A DNA stretch of 64,000 nucleotides from Octopus sinensis. Its lineage: Eukaryota. Shown here one piece after another: positions 1 to 12,845 of this stretch. A model generated the notes under the pieces. It searched no databases. It had not been told where the DNA came from and was given only the letters and a program-made list of their open reading frames with translations. The stretch lies in assembly GCF_006345805.1 (NCBI RefSeq), contig NC_043003.1, forward strand, positions 58,900,001 through 58,964,000, given 5' to 3'. Every line of letters starts with the position of its first letter. Position 1 is the first letter of the stretch. The position numbers and the translations under genes were made by a program.

Positions 1-335
1 CTTGCCCAATTCAGGATCACAGTATATAGGTACACTGCGATATAATTTCTTTTCCTCAACAGGACCTACCCTGCTTAACATTGTCCCGAAAGAGATCAAA
101 GAGGAAAAGGATCTCATCAACTTTAAACGGAATCTGGATAGATTTCTTCAAGGAATACCGGATAAGTCACCCATACGTGGATACAACTCACTCAACAAGA
201 ACTCACTACTTGAATGGACCATAAACAAAACTTGACTTAAACAGGATTTAGATAATCCTATCAGGTGGTTCTATTAAGTTAGACATGACCTGGACCAATC
301 TTTGGTCGAAACATATCTAATTTTATCTAAGTTTA
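1..335 (+). mobile_element. 3' end of a CR1/L2-group LINE (ORF2 C-terminus, 3' UTR stem-loop, short TATCTAA tail)
   Basis: ORF 2-235 ends ...GPTLLNIVPKEIKE..LINFKRNLDRFLQGIPDKSPIRGY..NSLLEW, resembling the typical FKxxLDxFL C-terminus of CR1/L2-group RTs. It is followed by the hairpin GACCAA-TCT-TTGGTC and two TATCTAA units. Confidence 0.7.
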
Positions 336-342
336 TATATAT

Positions 343-436
343 CCTTCTTTCTTTCCTTCCTGAGCTTCCAATAACACTATACTTGTTCCACGTCCTCGCG
401 TTGTTGTGTTTTCTCTTTGTGTTTTCATGTTTGAAT

Positions 437-440
<4 letters not shown>
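343..440 (+). mobile_element. Fragment of the HHR-bearing (TA)n-adjacent element (family P2, part downstream of the ribozyme)
   Basis: Reverse complement of 33823-33917 (TTCCACGTCCTCGCGTTGTTGTGTTTT); abuts (TA)n. Confidence 0.7.
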
Positions 441-494
<54 letters not shown>

Positions 495-1079
495 TACCAT
501 TTGTTTGAGTCATTAATAGTGATTTGTTCTGTCACTCATTTCTATTAGTTTAAAGAAATGTAAACAAACCTTCAAATCTTGTTGCTGAATTCAAGCTCAT
601 TGCACTTTTTATTTTACGGGTTTTATATTTATTCTATACCAATTTAATTTAAAATTGTTATTGTTTCCACGCGGAAGATTGCAGTGATGTTAAAATAAGC
701 CTCTCTAATCAAACTTGGACAGTTTCGAAACCTGGAATTTCTTGAAGGGCTAGTATCAAATATTAACATGCAATAAAACTGCAGATACGTGTCACACGTT
801 GGTTCCAGCATGAGGGCGATATATTGCAAAATTATCGGCTCTGTTAGTGTATATGTTTTCATTCATGTGCATTAACTACAGTATTAGAGGACTTTAGCTC
901 TTATTTCTAGCAATGTAGGTGTTTCCTTACACCCTAGTCACATTTAGTGACATTTGTAATTCTCCGTTTTGGTGAAATATTTCAAACTGCTGTTTATATT
1001 AACTTTATACACACACACACACACACACGTAGTTGTATCTATGTGTGTGAATGAGTGAGTGTGTGGGTGTGCGTGTGTG

Positions 1080-1283
1080 TAGGTGTGCGTGTTTTTGTGT
1101 TTGATTTCTTCCGTATCCCACCGCTTGACAACTGGTATGGGTGTGTTAATATCCCTGTGTTTTAGCGATATAATAATAGCTTTAAAAAATAAATGCTAGT
1201 GTCGATTTAGTTGACTGAACTCTTCATGGCGGTGCTCCAGCATGGCCGCAGTCCAATAGGTGAAACAAGTAAAAGGTTAAAGA
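1080..1283 (+). mobile_element. SINE family S1, 3' half
   Basis: CGCTTGACAAC...GGCGGTGCTCCAGCATGGCCGCAGTCCAAT..TGAAACAAGTAAAAG, shared with the full copies (e.g. 31176-31600). Confidence 0.8.
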
Positions 1284-2035
1284 TATTCTGTCTTGAATAT
1301 ACGAAAAACGATAAACTATGGAATCTGTACAATTCCCTTAGTTTTCTGCATTCAGGAAAACCTATCACAAACGTAAACCTCTTCTAAGTTTTAATAATTT
1401 AATAATAAAGTTTCAACTTTGTAGTTTGATAAAATGTTCAGAAAACATTAAAATGCCATGATTGAATTAATAGTACACATATATATTTATATTGAAGCAA
1501 GTGTACTGGGGAGCGTGAGAGAAATTTGAAGTGAAGAGTTTAAGGACAACATAGCATAATGAAAATAAAATATACAAATGTAGATTAAATATTTAAAACT
1601 GCATCAAGAAACTTGAAAGAAAAAAAATGGTTTGCTTCGACTGTTGTAAGTTATCAAAGTTCAACGAAGGTTTTATACCTGCCAACAAGTTCAAACTGTA
1701 CTCGGAAATATAAATAATCATAAGTGTACAGAAGTAAAAACAGTTATTCTGGATCGACTAAAATATGTACACACGCTACTGTGAGCTGATGCATTCAAAT
1801 TCACGAAGTTCAATGAATTTGTTATAGTAAAACAGACACACATGCATACACACACACAACTATACAGTATGTGTTTGATATATATGATATACACATGTAA
1901 GCTTATGTGATACATACATACATACATACATACATGCACACACACACACATATATATATGCATATATATATACTCATACACAAATACACGCACATACAAA
2001 TTATAATTATGATATTATATATATATATATATAGA

Positions 2036-2070
<35 letters not shown>

Positions 2071-2086
2071 GATATATTACATACAC

Positions 2087-2131
<45 letters not shown>

Positions 2132-2220
2132 CACAAATACACGCACATACAAATATAATATTATATATTATATATATATATATATAATATATATACAACA
2201 TATATATATATATATATATA

Positions 2221-2269
<49 letters not shown>

Positions 2270-2499
2270 TAATACACAAATACACGCACATACAATATAT
2301 AGTGGTATCTTATACATTATGCACACATGTATGTCTATATATGATACATATACATACACACATACATCTATTAATGAGTGTACATATGTATTGACCATAT
2401 ATGTGGTGCAGAATTGGTACAGAACATAAAGGAAATCTTGGGTTTCTTCAATATCTCATCGAAGAAACTATGCACCAGTTTCTCCATTTCTTTCTTCAC

Positions 2500-2538
<39 letters not shown>

Positions 2539-3374
2539 GCACACACACAACATGATCTACAGTTAAAGCATATACACTTAAATATTTCATATGCCTATAT
2601 TTCCTTACTACACACAATTACACACACGTGTTTGCGTATGTGTGTGTGGATGCATGTACATGAATGTGTTTATGTATGTACATGTACGTTTATATGTTTC
2701 GCATTGCGTCTCAATGTTCTATTTAAATGTTTGTCCTAAGTTGTAGATCGTGAGTATGTATTTCTGCTTGTACGTACATACGCTGATGGTGTCTGTATCA
2801 TAAAAAGAAAAGTAAAACCAACCGATCGACCGACCAACCAACCAACTCACTCACCCACCCACCCATCCACCTACAAACCAAGCAACCAACCAGCTAAATA
2901 AATAAACAAACACACAACAACGACATAGATTCATTTGGTATTTAATGTTATTCATCTCCAAATATGATGTAGAAGTAAATTTTCTCAGGAGGTTTTCTTT
3001 TTATAAAACGTTATATTTGCCGAACGTTTGTGTCACAATCTACGATCTGAACAACTAACTGGTGAATCTGCTTTTTGCCGCTTCTAACATCACTGCTGCT
3101 GCGCGGCCTCATTATTTTCTTCTTGTGGACATATTCTAGAAGGAACTATTATTGATCGTGCCCTACGGCTTGGGGGGATTTTTACTATTCTTACTGCTGC
3201 CGCCAATATATATGTATATGTAAATGTGCGTGCGTGTGTATGTGTGTGCGTGTGTGTGTGTGTCTGTGAGTGATTGTATCTGTGTGGTGTATGCATATCT
3301 ATCTATTTGTACCCACAAACAACACACACACACACACACACACACACCACACACACCACACACACACACACACC

Positions 3375-3409
<35 letters not shown>

Positions 3410-3700
3410 CATATACACATATATACATATATATAGATATTTATACATACATATGTATAATATATATATATACATTTATATATACATACACACACACAAA
3501 TGTACATATATATTATATGCATATATACACGTATATCCGCATATACATATGAATATGTATATATACGTAAATATATATATATATATATATAGACAAACAC
3601 ATATATTTACATACATGTATATATATATAGTTATAGTGTACACATACACAATAACATACATACATTTGTGTGTGTGTATATATGCATATATATATAGTAT

Positions 3701-3741
<41 letters not shown>

Positions 3742-3799
3742 CATATATACACACACACACAAATGTATGTATGTTATTGTGTATGTGTACACTATTCTT

Positions 3800-4445
3800 A
3801 ACATTACTACCTTCACCACCAACGCCGACACTACTTCCATCAAGAGAAGATAACAAACGCTGCTGCAATTCCCACCACCACCATTACCACTACAAGAACA
3901 ACAACTACGACCATTAGAAACAGTAACACCACTTCCGTTAATACAACAAGCACTACCGCGAACCCCACAACAGCCATTGCCGCCACTACCGCCGCCACCA
4001 CCGCAAACAGCAATGCCACTTCCATCTACTCGATGAGCACTACTACGACCTCAACCAAAACCATTACCACCACCCCATACCACTAACTACACCATCACTT
4101 GCGACGCCAGCACTACCAGCTCCAACCACCGCCAGGATCATCACCACCACCACCACCACCACCACCACCACCACCACCACCACCACCAAAACAACCACCA
4201 CTACCACTACCACCACCACCACCTCCACCACCACCACCACACCACCACCACCATTATATGGATAATGTAATTCTTGATATACAAAACATACAGGATGGTT
4301 ACATTTGGAATATCTATGGAAATAGGCTTGCTCAATCACGGTTGAACTGGGGTTAAGTCAAGACACCACCACCGCTACCACCACAACCTACCACAAACCA
4401 CCACCACCACCACCACCACCACCACCACCACCACCATCAGCAGCA
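3800..4445. repeat. (CAC/CAA)n-rich low-complexity tract
   Basis: Long ACC/CAC runs; these generate the poly-P/V/H ORFs. Confidence 0.9.
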
Positions 4446-4446
4446 G

Positions 4447-4600
4447 CCGTTCAAGAATATGGACCTGGAGATCTCCATTTCCAGCGACTTCGAGGGCCAT
4501 CTTCCAGTGGTGTCGGGCGTCAACGAAGAGCCCTCGACTACAAGACGACCAAAGTGGTTTTTTTCCAAGGTCTGGGGTCTCCCGCCCCTAAGCCCTAGAC
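4447..4600 (-). mobile_element. Possible RTE-type LINE 3' remnant
   Basis: Minus-strand reading gives GRPQT...RW.WRS-like residues, resembling the RTE C-terminal GRP..W..DR..WR motif. It is next to a trinucleotide tail. Confidence 0.3.
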
Positions 4601-4944
4601 CATAACCTAATCACCGTTTCCCGTCTTGTTGCTTAACAACAACAACAATCAGCAGCAGCAGCAGTAGCAACAGCAGTAGCGGTAGTAAATCAGTACCACC
4701 ACCAGTACCACCACTACTACCACAATCACCACTCAAATCATACCCTACCGTCTTTTTCAAATGCATACATTGGAAAATGTAGTCTTACATACACGGTATT
4801 TCGAAAGAGGGTGGTTGCATCTAAAATGCAAGCAGAACTAACGTGAATGGTTTGATGGTAGTCTCTCGTCATCCGAGAAAGACAGTTCTGCAATTTCTAG
4901 CTGAACAACCTGCATAAATAATTTGTTTATAGTGATTAAATGTT

Positions 4945-5135
4945 TGTGCTGTACATCAGCTCGTACCATACATCAAATCGACGTTGCTTGAAGAGGTGCA
5001 CAGTATACCAAAACGTCAGGTGTCTAAGTGATCGCAACGTCAGATGAAGCGTTTTGCTTAAGAACAAAGCGCACCACTCGGTTCGGGAATTGAAACCACG
5101 ATCTCGCGATCGTGAATGCGACACCCCAAACCTAA
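4945..5135 (-). mobile_element. CORE-like tRNA SINE fragment (S3-related)
   Basis: Minus strand shows B-box-like GGTTTCAATTCCCG followed by TTGTTCTTAAGCAAAACGCTT. Confidence 0.6.
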
Positions 5136-5454
5136 CGTGGGAGGATAATATTGGCTAAAGAAACAGTAACAGAAGTGCTAGTGTCCATTATTCCTCAAAT
5201 AATGTTGTCACTAGTGGTAGGTTCTCCGTTGGTCTTGGCGATGAGCAATGTTGGATCAACTGGTGAAATGATGAAATTAACGAGTACTGGAGGTGATTTG
5301 TTCGACTTCAAGACGGTGCTCTAGCATGGCCGCAGTACTATGATTGAAACAAGTAAAAAAATTAAGATAAAAGATTGTTGCTGTTGTTCTTTTCGTTAAA
5401 TCGACTTATCCCTTCCCCCAAAATTTCAGGGTTTGCGCCTAACGTAGTAAGGAT

Positions 5455-5608
5455 TCTTCTTCTTCTTCTTCTTCTTCTTCTTCTTCTTCTTCTTCTTTCT
5501 TCTTCTTCTTCTTCTTCTCTCTTCTTTCTTCTCTTCTTCTTCTTCTTCTTCTTCTTCTTCTTCTTCTTCTTCTTCTTCTTCTTCATAATGATGATGATGA
5601 TGATGATG

Positions 5609-5670
<62 letters not shown>
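5455..5670. repeat. Compound microsatellite (CTT)n(GAT)n(AAT)n
   Basis: Directly visible. Confidence 0.95.
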
Positions 5671-5674
5671 TGTA

Positions 5675-6046
5675 GCTGACGATATGTGCATCTCTGATCA
5701 CGAGCAGAAGTAGTGGGGGAGCATCATAGCCATGTGATGAGAGGAATTATTTGGGGTTTAAATAATTCACCTCTGGAAACATGGGTGTTTCGTTTAACAT
5801 CCTTAAATAATCCTTATTCAAGGACCTTTTGAGTGGGATGGGTTACTCGACCAGAAGAAATTCTAACTGGGCCCCACCTGCAAGGTCATGTGCTGTTTAT
5901 CTTCATATGAGATCACCATATCGCGCACATATGGTTGTGATGCATGTGCCTGGTGTACCCTTATCAGACGAGTAGTCATGATGGGTATACTGGGCTTCGT
6001 ATATTTTACCCCAGTGTCACTTTGATGGCATGCACTGCTCTCTCAC
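5675..6046. mobile_element. (AAT)n-flanked interspersed repeat, truncated copy
   Basis: Highly similar to 59638-60010; flanked by (AAT)n on both sides. Confidence 0.75.
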
Positions 6047-6098
<52 letters not shown>

Positions 6099-6111
6099 TA
6101 ATAATAATAAT

Positions 6112-6545
6112 AAGGCAGTGGGCGAAATACTTAGCGGCATTTCGTCTGCCGCTACGTTCATAGTTCAAATTCCGCCGAGGTCGACTTTGCCTTTCATTCT
6201 TTCAGGGTCAATAAATTAAGTACTAGTAATGCACTGGGGTCAATGTAATCGACTATCTCCCTCCCGCAAATTTCAGGCCTTGTGCATATAGTAGAAAGGA
6301 TTATTCTTGTTGTTGTTGTTGTTGTTGTCGTCGTTGTTAAGGCGGCAATCGATTGCATGCCGGACAAAATGCTCAGCAGCAATTCATCCGGTCTTACGCT
6401 CTCAGTACAAATTCCATCGCGGTCGAGTTTGCTTCACATCCTTTCGGGGTTGATAAAATAAGTACCAGTCGAACACTGGGGTTGATGTAATCCACTAAAA
6501 TCTCTCAAATATTTCACACTTCCTGCCTACAGTATTAAGAATTAT
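6112..6545 (+). mobile_element. Two S2 SINE copies (6112-6305 and 6338-6545) separated by (GTT)n
   Basis: B-box GTTCAAATTCCGCC followed by GCCTTTCATCCTTTCGGGGTCGATAAA..AAGTACCAG-like core in both copies. Confidence 0.8.
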
Positions 6546-6814
6546 TATCGTTGATATTTTCTTCTTGTTCCAATCAGGACTCACGCCATTAGCCACAAAG
6601 AATAATCTCTAAATCGAGCCTACTCTAAGCTACTAAGAATGCGTGTGGCAACTTGAAGATCTACCCACTACACGCGATAGACTGGCGGTTGCACGGGCGC
6701 AAAAGCTACGTTGTTATCTTCATTCCGTAAACGGTGGATTTTAACGGGTGGAGAGCTCAACCATCCTGGGGTACAGAGGATTCGAAATCTAGACTAGGGT
6801 CTGAAAGTTTACGA

Positions 6815-7023
6815 CACCATAGTGGGTTACACCATGGTTCCTCTGCTTTGCGGCAGAAGTAGGAAAAAAGAGTGAGAGAAAGTTGTGGTGAAAGAGTACA
6901 GCGGGGTTCACCACCATCCCCGCCGGAGCCTCGTAGAACTTAGGTGTTTTTGCTCAATAAACACTCACATTGTCCGATCTGGGAATCGAAACCGCGTTCT
7001 TACGACCGCGAGTCCGCTGCCCT
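6815..7023 (-). mobile_element. tRNA-derived SINE family S4, partial
   Basis: Shares AAAGAGTGAGAGAAAGTTGTGG...CCGGAGCC...TTAGGTGTTT with 11892-12190; B-box on minus strand. Confidence 0.7.
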
Positions 7024-8069
7024 ACTACGTTGTTGCTGCTGCTGTTGTTGTTGTTGTTGTTAATGATGATGATGATGATGATAATGGTAATGGTGATGCT
7101 GTCGTCGTTGTCATCGTCGTCGTGATTATTATTATTATATTATTATTATTATTATTGTTGTTGTTGTTGTTGTTGTTGTTGTGGTTGTTGTAGTTGTTAT
7201 TGCTATTATTGTTCTTAGTTGTTCTCGGAATTACTATTATTGAATGTTAGCTTCTGGTTTTTTTTTTGTTTTTTTTTTTTGGTTTAACCACAACTGACGA
7301 CTTTATGCCCATCCTCGCCCCTCCCTGCTAATATCTTCTTCTCACAACACCTTCTTTCTACAGTCATCATCCTTCTCACTTTATTTCAAGATCGAAATCA
7401 GAAGGGGCACCGAAGCACAATACAGAGTACTTTAACAAACCACAATCACACCACTTCACATACAACAGTGAAATGATGCTGTTTCACATAACCACGTTTG
7501 TCATACGAACAGTCGCACGCACGCACGCACGCACGCACGCACACACGCACGTACGCACATACATACATACGTACGTACATACGTTCATTCATACATACAT
7601 GCATACGTACGTAGATGCGTACATGCATACATGAATACAGACGTATGTACATACATGGATATACGCACTTGAATGTATACAGATACACGTGCAAAATATA
7701 CAAGCATAAATACATTAGACACAACCTCGGTTTCCATATAGACGGTCATACATATGTATATAAACATACATAAATATGTACACTTGCGTATATACAGAAA
7801 CAATATACATACGCCCATACACTACATATAATAACGCTTTTCCTTCAGATGTTCTCACGTATAGATATACATACACATATATACACAGAAACATGCAAAC
7901 GTATACAGATACATGGGATATGTGTGCTTTTGTATATACTGACAAAAGTGCACGGCGTGCTTGTATTCAAATCACTCTTCTTGATTTCAGAACTATAGAG
8001 CAACCTTCCTGTAGATACACACACCCAGAAACGCAATCATAAATACACACACAAAATTCTATGTATGTA

Positions 8070-8124
<55 letters not shown>

Positions 8125-8188
8125 ATGTATGTATGTATCTATTAATCTATCTATCTACCAATATATCTGTCTATATTCCGTCTATCTG

Positions 8189-8263
<75 letters not shown>

Positions 8264-8311
8264 GTCTGTCTATCTATATATATATATGAACCTCTCTCTC
8301 TCTCTCTCTCT

Positions 8312-8552
8312 CGTTAATTCGCTAGCCTCTGCACGCATATTTTTTTTCTCTCCTTCTTTCTGTGTTTTTTCTCTGTGTATCTTTCTGTTGAAGAGCGTAG
8401 GCTCGAAACGTTAAAGACTTGTTTTATTTATATTTCCTGAGCGCCATACTAATACAATTGTTTTGTTTGTATTCCACCTGCCTTCGTCTTTTGTTTTATT
8501 TCCGTAAACCTGCCTTCGTCTTTTGTCTATTTTCATAAAGCTTCCCGTTATA
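8312..8552 (+). mobile_element. HHR-bearing non-autonomous PLE-like element (family P1)
   Basis: Homologous to 17992-18175, 23631-23823 and 34026-34203; ends in (TA)n. Confidence 0.7.
8380..8417 (+). ncRNA. Minimal type-I hammerhead-like motif, A6U core variant
   Basis: TCTTT-CTGTTGA-A-GAGC(GTAG)GCTC-GAA-AC-GT-T-AAAGA: stem I, stem II and a palindromic ACGT minimal stem III. Confidence 0.55.
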
Positions 8553-8558
8553 TATATA

Positions 8559-8589
<31 letters not shown>

Positions 8590-8594
8590 ATATA

Positions 8595-8630
<36 letters not shown>

Positions 8631-8742
8631 AGAACAAGGTGTACGTACGCCACTATAAAATTCAAAATGGGATAAAAACGCAAAAAATCCAGACAACTAG
8701 GTGATACAAAAGGGACAACAAAACATCCAGATAGAAAGGACG

Positions 8743-8776
<34 letters not shown>

Positions 8777-8777
<1 letters not shown>

Positions 8778-8993
8778 GAGGGGATAGTGAAAATTTTGTG
8801 GCTTTGAGTAAAAGAAAATACAGGAGATTCAGTTAATTATGTGATTTTATTCAACATAATCCTCTCTCAGACTCATACACTTATTGCAGCGGTCCTTCGC
8901 ATTTTCTAAGCCCTGAAAAAGAACTCGAAAGGTTAGGCCTCCAAACAGGACTTTCGCGATACCTTTAATCCAGGAACTTTTCAACCCCCCTCG
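8777..8993 (-). mobile_element. mariner-derived MITE
   Basis: TA-flanked TIRs CGAGGGG..TGAAAA / TTTTCAACCCCCCTCG. Minus-strand remnant DRCNKCMSLREDYVE resembles the mariner C-terminal RWxKCxxxxGDYVE. A second copy lies at 44061-44277. Confidence 0.8.
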
Positions 8994-9811
8994 TATATTT
9001 ACATATATATATTGCATATACATATATACAATCATACATACATACATACACACATATGTGCATACATACCTATATACATACATATGTATATATGTTTTTA
9101 TATATATATATATATATATATATAACAAAGTTGAGTTACATACATTCACACATATATCTCTATATATAGTTCATAGATAAGAATATCAGATATTCTCCGT
9201 ATAGACTACACTTTGTGGTGCTCAAGAGATTTAAACTTGAGCGGGTATAGACTTACATTTACTTCTATCTCTCTCTCTATATATACACACTCATTTAATT
9301 ATAAACATACATATACCTATACTCACATCCATCGAACTTCCAGAGAAATTCCGTTTACCAAATTCCATTGAGAACTTTATGATCGACTCTAAGACATTTA
9401 TTCCAAGTAATATAGCGCAAGTACCGAACACAAAAATTATGTAGTTGCGATGTAGACTTCTTTTCACAAAGTTCCATTGTTTTCCATCCTTTTGGAATCG
9501 GTTAAAATAATAGGCCAATTATGTACAAGTGGGATGGACTTCAATACGATCGAATATCACGGTTTCCTTCAACCTGCTAGAATTTTTCTTATCGAAGAAT
9601 TCACTATTTAAGGAACTTAGCAATTTATATACATTTATATTGCTTGTAGTTTTCTACAGCTGTTTCAAATTTCTTCATAAATCCTAGGATATTTTGACGT
9701 TACAGATTCAGAATTACCATGAAGTCATAAGTGACATCTAGTACTTATAAAACACTCTCACACACACTCACCACACACAGGCATACACATTCACAAACAC
9801 ACCATAAAGAC

Positions 9812-10555
9812 TTGAGTGGCTGTGTGGTAAGTATCTTGCTTACCAACCAGATAGTTCTGGGTTCAGTCCCACTGCGTGGCACCTTGGGCAAGTGTCTTCT
9901 GCTATAGCCTCGGGCCGACCAAAACCTTGTGAGTGGATTTGGCTGAGGGAAACTGAAAGAAGCTCGTCGTATATATATATATATATCTTGGGTTTTCCGG
10001 AAAGTTCGTGCCGATTTTTAAAGGAAAGAAAATGGTCAATAAATACTTGCCATTACATTTTTAATCAACCAAATATGAACCATTTTGTTGCACAATGAGT
10101 CTCCATCTTTCCTTTAACTTGAAAATACCTTCTTCCCAGAATTGAGGTGGCAAAGAATTCATCAAGGTATCTTTTTACGTCATCCAAGGAATTGAAATTT
10201 TTACCATTAAGACTATTCTGCAGAGACCTAAATAAGTGTGAATCCGAAGGAGCAATATCTGGTGAACACATCCCAGGTAACACATCCCAGGGTAACACAT
10301 CCCAGCCGACCTGCAGCAATTTTTGTCTGGTTCCCAAAGCATCAAGTGCCGAAAATGAACATTCTTACCTTCCATTTTAAAGGGTTACAGAATTAACACA
10401 GGTTATAGGAACATAATCCTTCTTCCATGAAAAGATAGCTTAAACTGTGCTCTAAATGGAGGTGTAGTCAAATCCTATTTTATGGACTTAACCATGTTCT
10501 AAAATAAGTCGAAAGACAAGGTGCTATAAATCGGCACGAACTTTCCGGAAAACCC

Positions 10556-10609
<54 letters not shown>

Positions 10610-10805
10610 TGTGTATGTTTGTGTGCCTATGTTTGTTCCCCTACCATCGCTTGACAACCGATGCTGGTGTGTTTACGTCCCCGTAATTTGGCGGTTCGGT
10701 GAAATATACCAATAGAATAAGTACTAGGCTTAACAAAGAACAAGTGTTGGGGGTCAATTTGCCCAAGCATGGCCTCAGTCAAATGACATAAACAAGTAAA
10801 AAAAG
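9812..10805 (+). mobile_element. SINE S1 interrupted by a mariner insertion in its internal (TA)n
   Basis: Head TGGCTGTGTGGTAAG...GGGTTCAGTCCC...CCTTGGGCAAGTGTCTT at 9817-9900; 3' half resumes at about 10620. Confidence 0.85.
9988..10557 (-). mobile_element. Internally deleted mariner transposon
   Basis: ~29-bp TIRs TGGGTTTTCCGGAAAGTTCGTGCCGATTT / AAATCGGCACGAACTTTCCGGAAAACCCA. ORF 10065-10337 contains SPDIAPSDSHLFRSLQNSL (the mariner YSPDLAPxD motif). Confidence 0.92.
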
Positions 10806-10845
10806 GAAAAGAAATTACATACATATACGCGTGCACAAAAACACG

Positions 10846-10887
<42 letters not shown>

Positions 10888-11363
10888 TACACACACACAC
10901 ACATATTGTATGATCATTGTACACGTGCTATTATGTTGAAATTTTCGAATGATGATGTTTATTTACAAGGTTTAAAAATAAATAAATATTATAAAAACAT
11001 GCGATAAAAAATATAAAATGATCGTTTTACGAACAGATAAAAACATTTTGATGTTATCTTATCTAATGCTATTTTTTTGATTTAATCAATATTCGGCTCT
11101 CTGTTCTATACGAGTATCGATTATTCACCAAAATGTGTTGCAATAAGCCTTCAGTGCTTCACGACCTGTTTTTTTAATTGTTTCAGGCACATTAGCCTTT
11201 ATAATCCCCACCACCCTCCACCCTCTGTACAACGTGTTCGGCAAGAATAATTAGGTGAGTAGATGATATAATATACAGAACAAGCGTGGTTGTGTGGTAT
11301 GACGCTTGCATTCCAACCACATGGTTCCGGGTTCAAACCTTGGGAAATGTCTTCTAGTATATA

Positions 11364-11461
11364 CAGTAGAACCTCGGTTTACGAACGCCTCTGATCACGA
11401 ATAAATCTATCTAAAGTGCGATTTATTCGCGAATCAGAGTTGTTCGAAAATCGAGGTACTA

Positions 11462-11464
<3 letters not shown>
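11364..11464. mobile_element. Tigger/pogo-like MITE
   Basis: TA-CAGTAGAACCTCGGTTTACGAAC ... GTTCGAAAATCGAGGTACTACTG-TA imperfect TIRs; it truncates an S1 head at 11283-11360. Confidence 0.75.
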
Positions 11465-11498
<34 letters not shown>

Positions 11499-11505
<7 letters not shown>

Positions 11506-11766
11506 AAAGGGCTTAGTAAAATAAATTACTTTGCCGCATACTGAACTCATTAGAAATAGCAGCTAAAAAACTTTTTTAAACCTTAGCATTTGATTTTTCG
11601 ATGTCCTTACCCCAAACTTTTGTGAGTTGAATGAATTAAGCAAACACTATATATGAGAGAGATTTTCTTTAAGTATTAGAAATAGCTTTAAAAAAGTTTT
11701 TTAGCTGCTATTCTAATGAGTTCAGTATGCGGCAAAGTAATTTATTTTACTAAGCCCTTTATATAA
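11499..11766. repeat. Long inverted repeat (~80-bp arms, ~107-bp spacer) within a (TA)n-embedded insertion extending to ~11863
   Basis: 11499-11580 is a near-perfect reverse complement of 11688-11766. Confidence 0.9.
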
Positions 11767-11858
11767 TGTAATAATTTGAATTCGCCTTGAATGGTCCCTT
11801 TGCATACTGAACACTTGTGAAATTGATTATAATTAATTAATTTTGCCCTCAATTGTTG

Positions 11859-11891
<33 letters not shown>

Positions 11892-11893
<2 letters not shown>

Positions 11894-12190
11894 TGTTTTC
11901 CTTCAAGCCATGCCTGGCTCATAGGGCCGGTTCCCGGTTTCTTTGTCGTATAGGTTCTCCACCTGGACGGGACGCCGATCCGTCGCTGGCGAGCTGCAAA
12001 ATGCAGGAGGAAAGAGTGAGAGAAAGTTGTGGCGAAAGTGTCAGCAGAAGTTCGCCATTACCTTATACCGGAGCCGCGTGGAGCTTAGGTGTTTCGCTCA
12101 AAAGCACACACGTCAACCGGTCTGAGATTCGAACCCGCGATCCCTCGACCGCGAGTCGACTGCTCTAACCTCTAGGTCATCTGCCTCCAC
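11892..12190 (-). mobile_element. Full-length tRNA-derived SINE family S4
   Basis: Minus strand starts GTGGAGGCAGATGACCTAGAGGTTAGAGCAG (A-box-like), then GGGTTCGAATCTC (B box), and ends GAAAACAAAC. Confidence 0.8.
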
Positions 12191-12229
12191 ACACACACAC
12201 ACACACAAACATATATGTATGTATGTATG

Positions 12230-12261
<32 letters not shown>

Positions 12262-12274
12262 TGTATGTATGTAT

Positions 12275-12495
12275 GTGTGTGTGTGCGTTTGTATCTGTGT
12301 TTGCTCCCCAACTGCCGCTTGACAATTGGCTCTGGTGTGTTTATGTACCCGTGGCGGTTCGGCAAAAGAGACCGATAGAGTTAAGTACCAGGCTAAAAAA
12401 GTAAGTTCTGGGTTCAAATTCATTCGAGTAAAAGATCTTCAAGGCGGTATCCAAGTACGGTTGCAGCCTAATGACTGAAACAAGTAAAAGATAAA
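12275..12495 (+). mobile_element. SINE S1, 3' half
   Basis: GCGGTTCGGCAAAAGAGACCGATAG...ATGACTGAAACAAGTAAAAG. Confidence 0.8.
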
Positions 12496-12524
12496 CGATA
12501 ATAGATACTAAATAGAGAAATATA

Positions 12525-12802
12525 TATTGGGTTGTCAAATAAATTCGTTCGTAGTTCCCCGCCACCCATTTACTAACTCTTTCTAATGTTATTTAAATTA
12601 AGACGGGAAATGATTTATCGAAGTGTTTTATGCAATTTTTTCTTGTGGCTTTATACTTTTTCTTCAAATCTTGTCTATCGTTTTTGAAATTTGAATACAT
12701 TTTAAACTTTTTACCGACATATGAAAATAGAGAACAAAATAGAAAAAAAACCAAACAAACAAAAATAAACATAAACGAACGAATTTATCTGACAACAAAA
12801 TA
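12525..12802. mobile_element. mariner-type MITE
   Basis: TATTGGGTTGTCAAATAAATTCGTTCGT ... ACGAACGAATTTATCTGACAACAAAATA imperfect TIRs. Confidence 0.65.
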
Positions 12803-12845
12803 GATACTGAGTTTTACACACTATTTTGAAGAGAAATACTAAGTA

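Noticed and set aside
260-320. Hairpin followed by GAAAC resembling a hammerhead half
   Set aside because: No CTGANGA-like box; better explained as a LINE 3' stem-loop.
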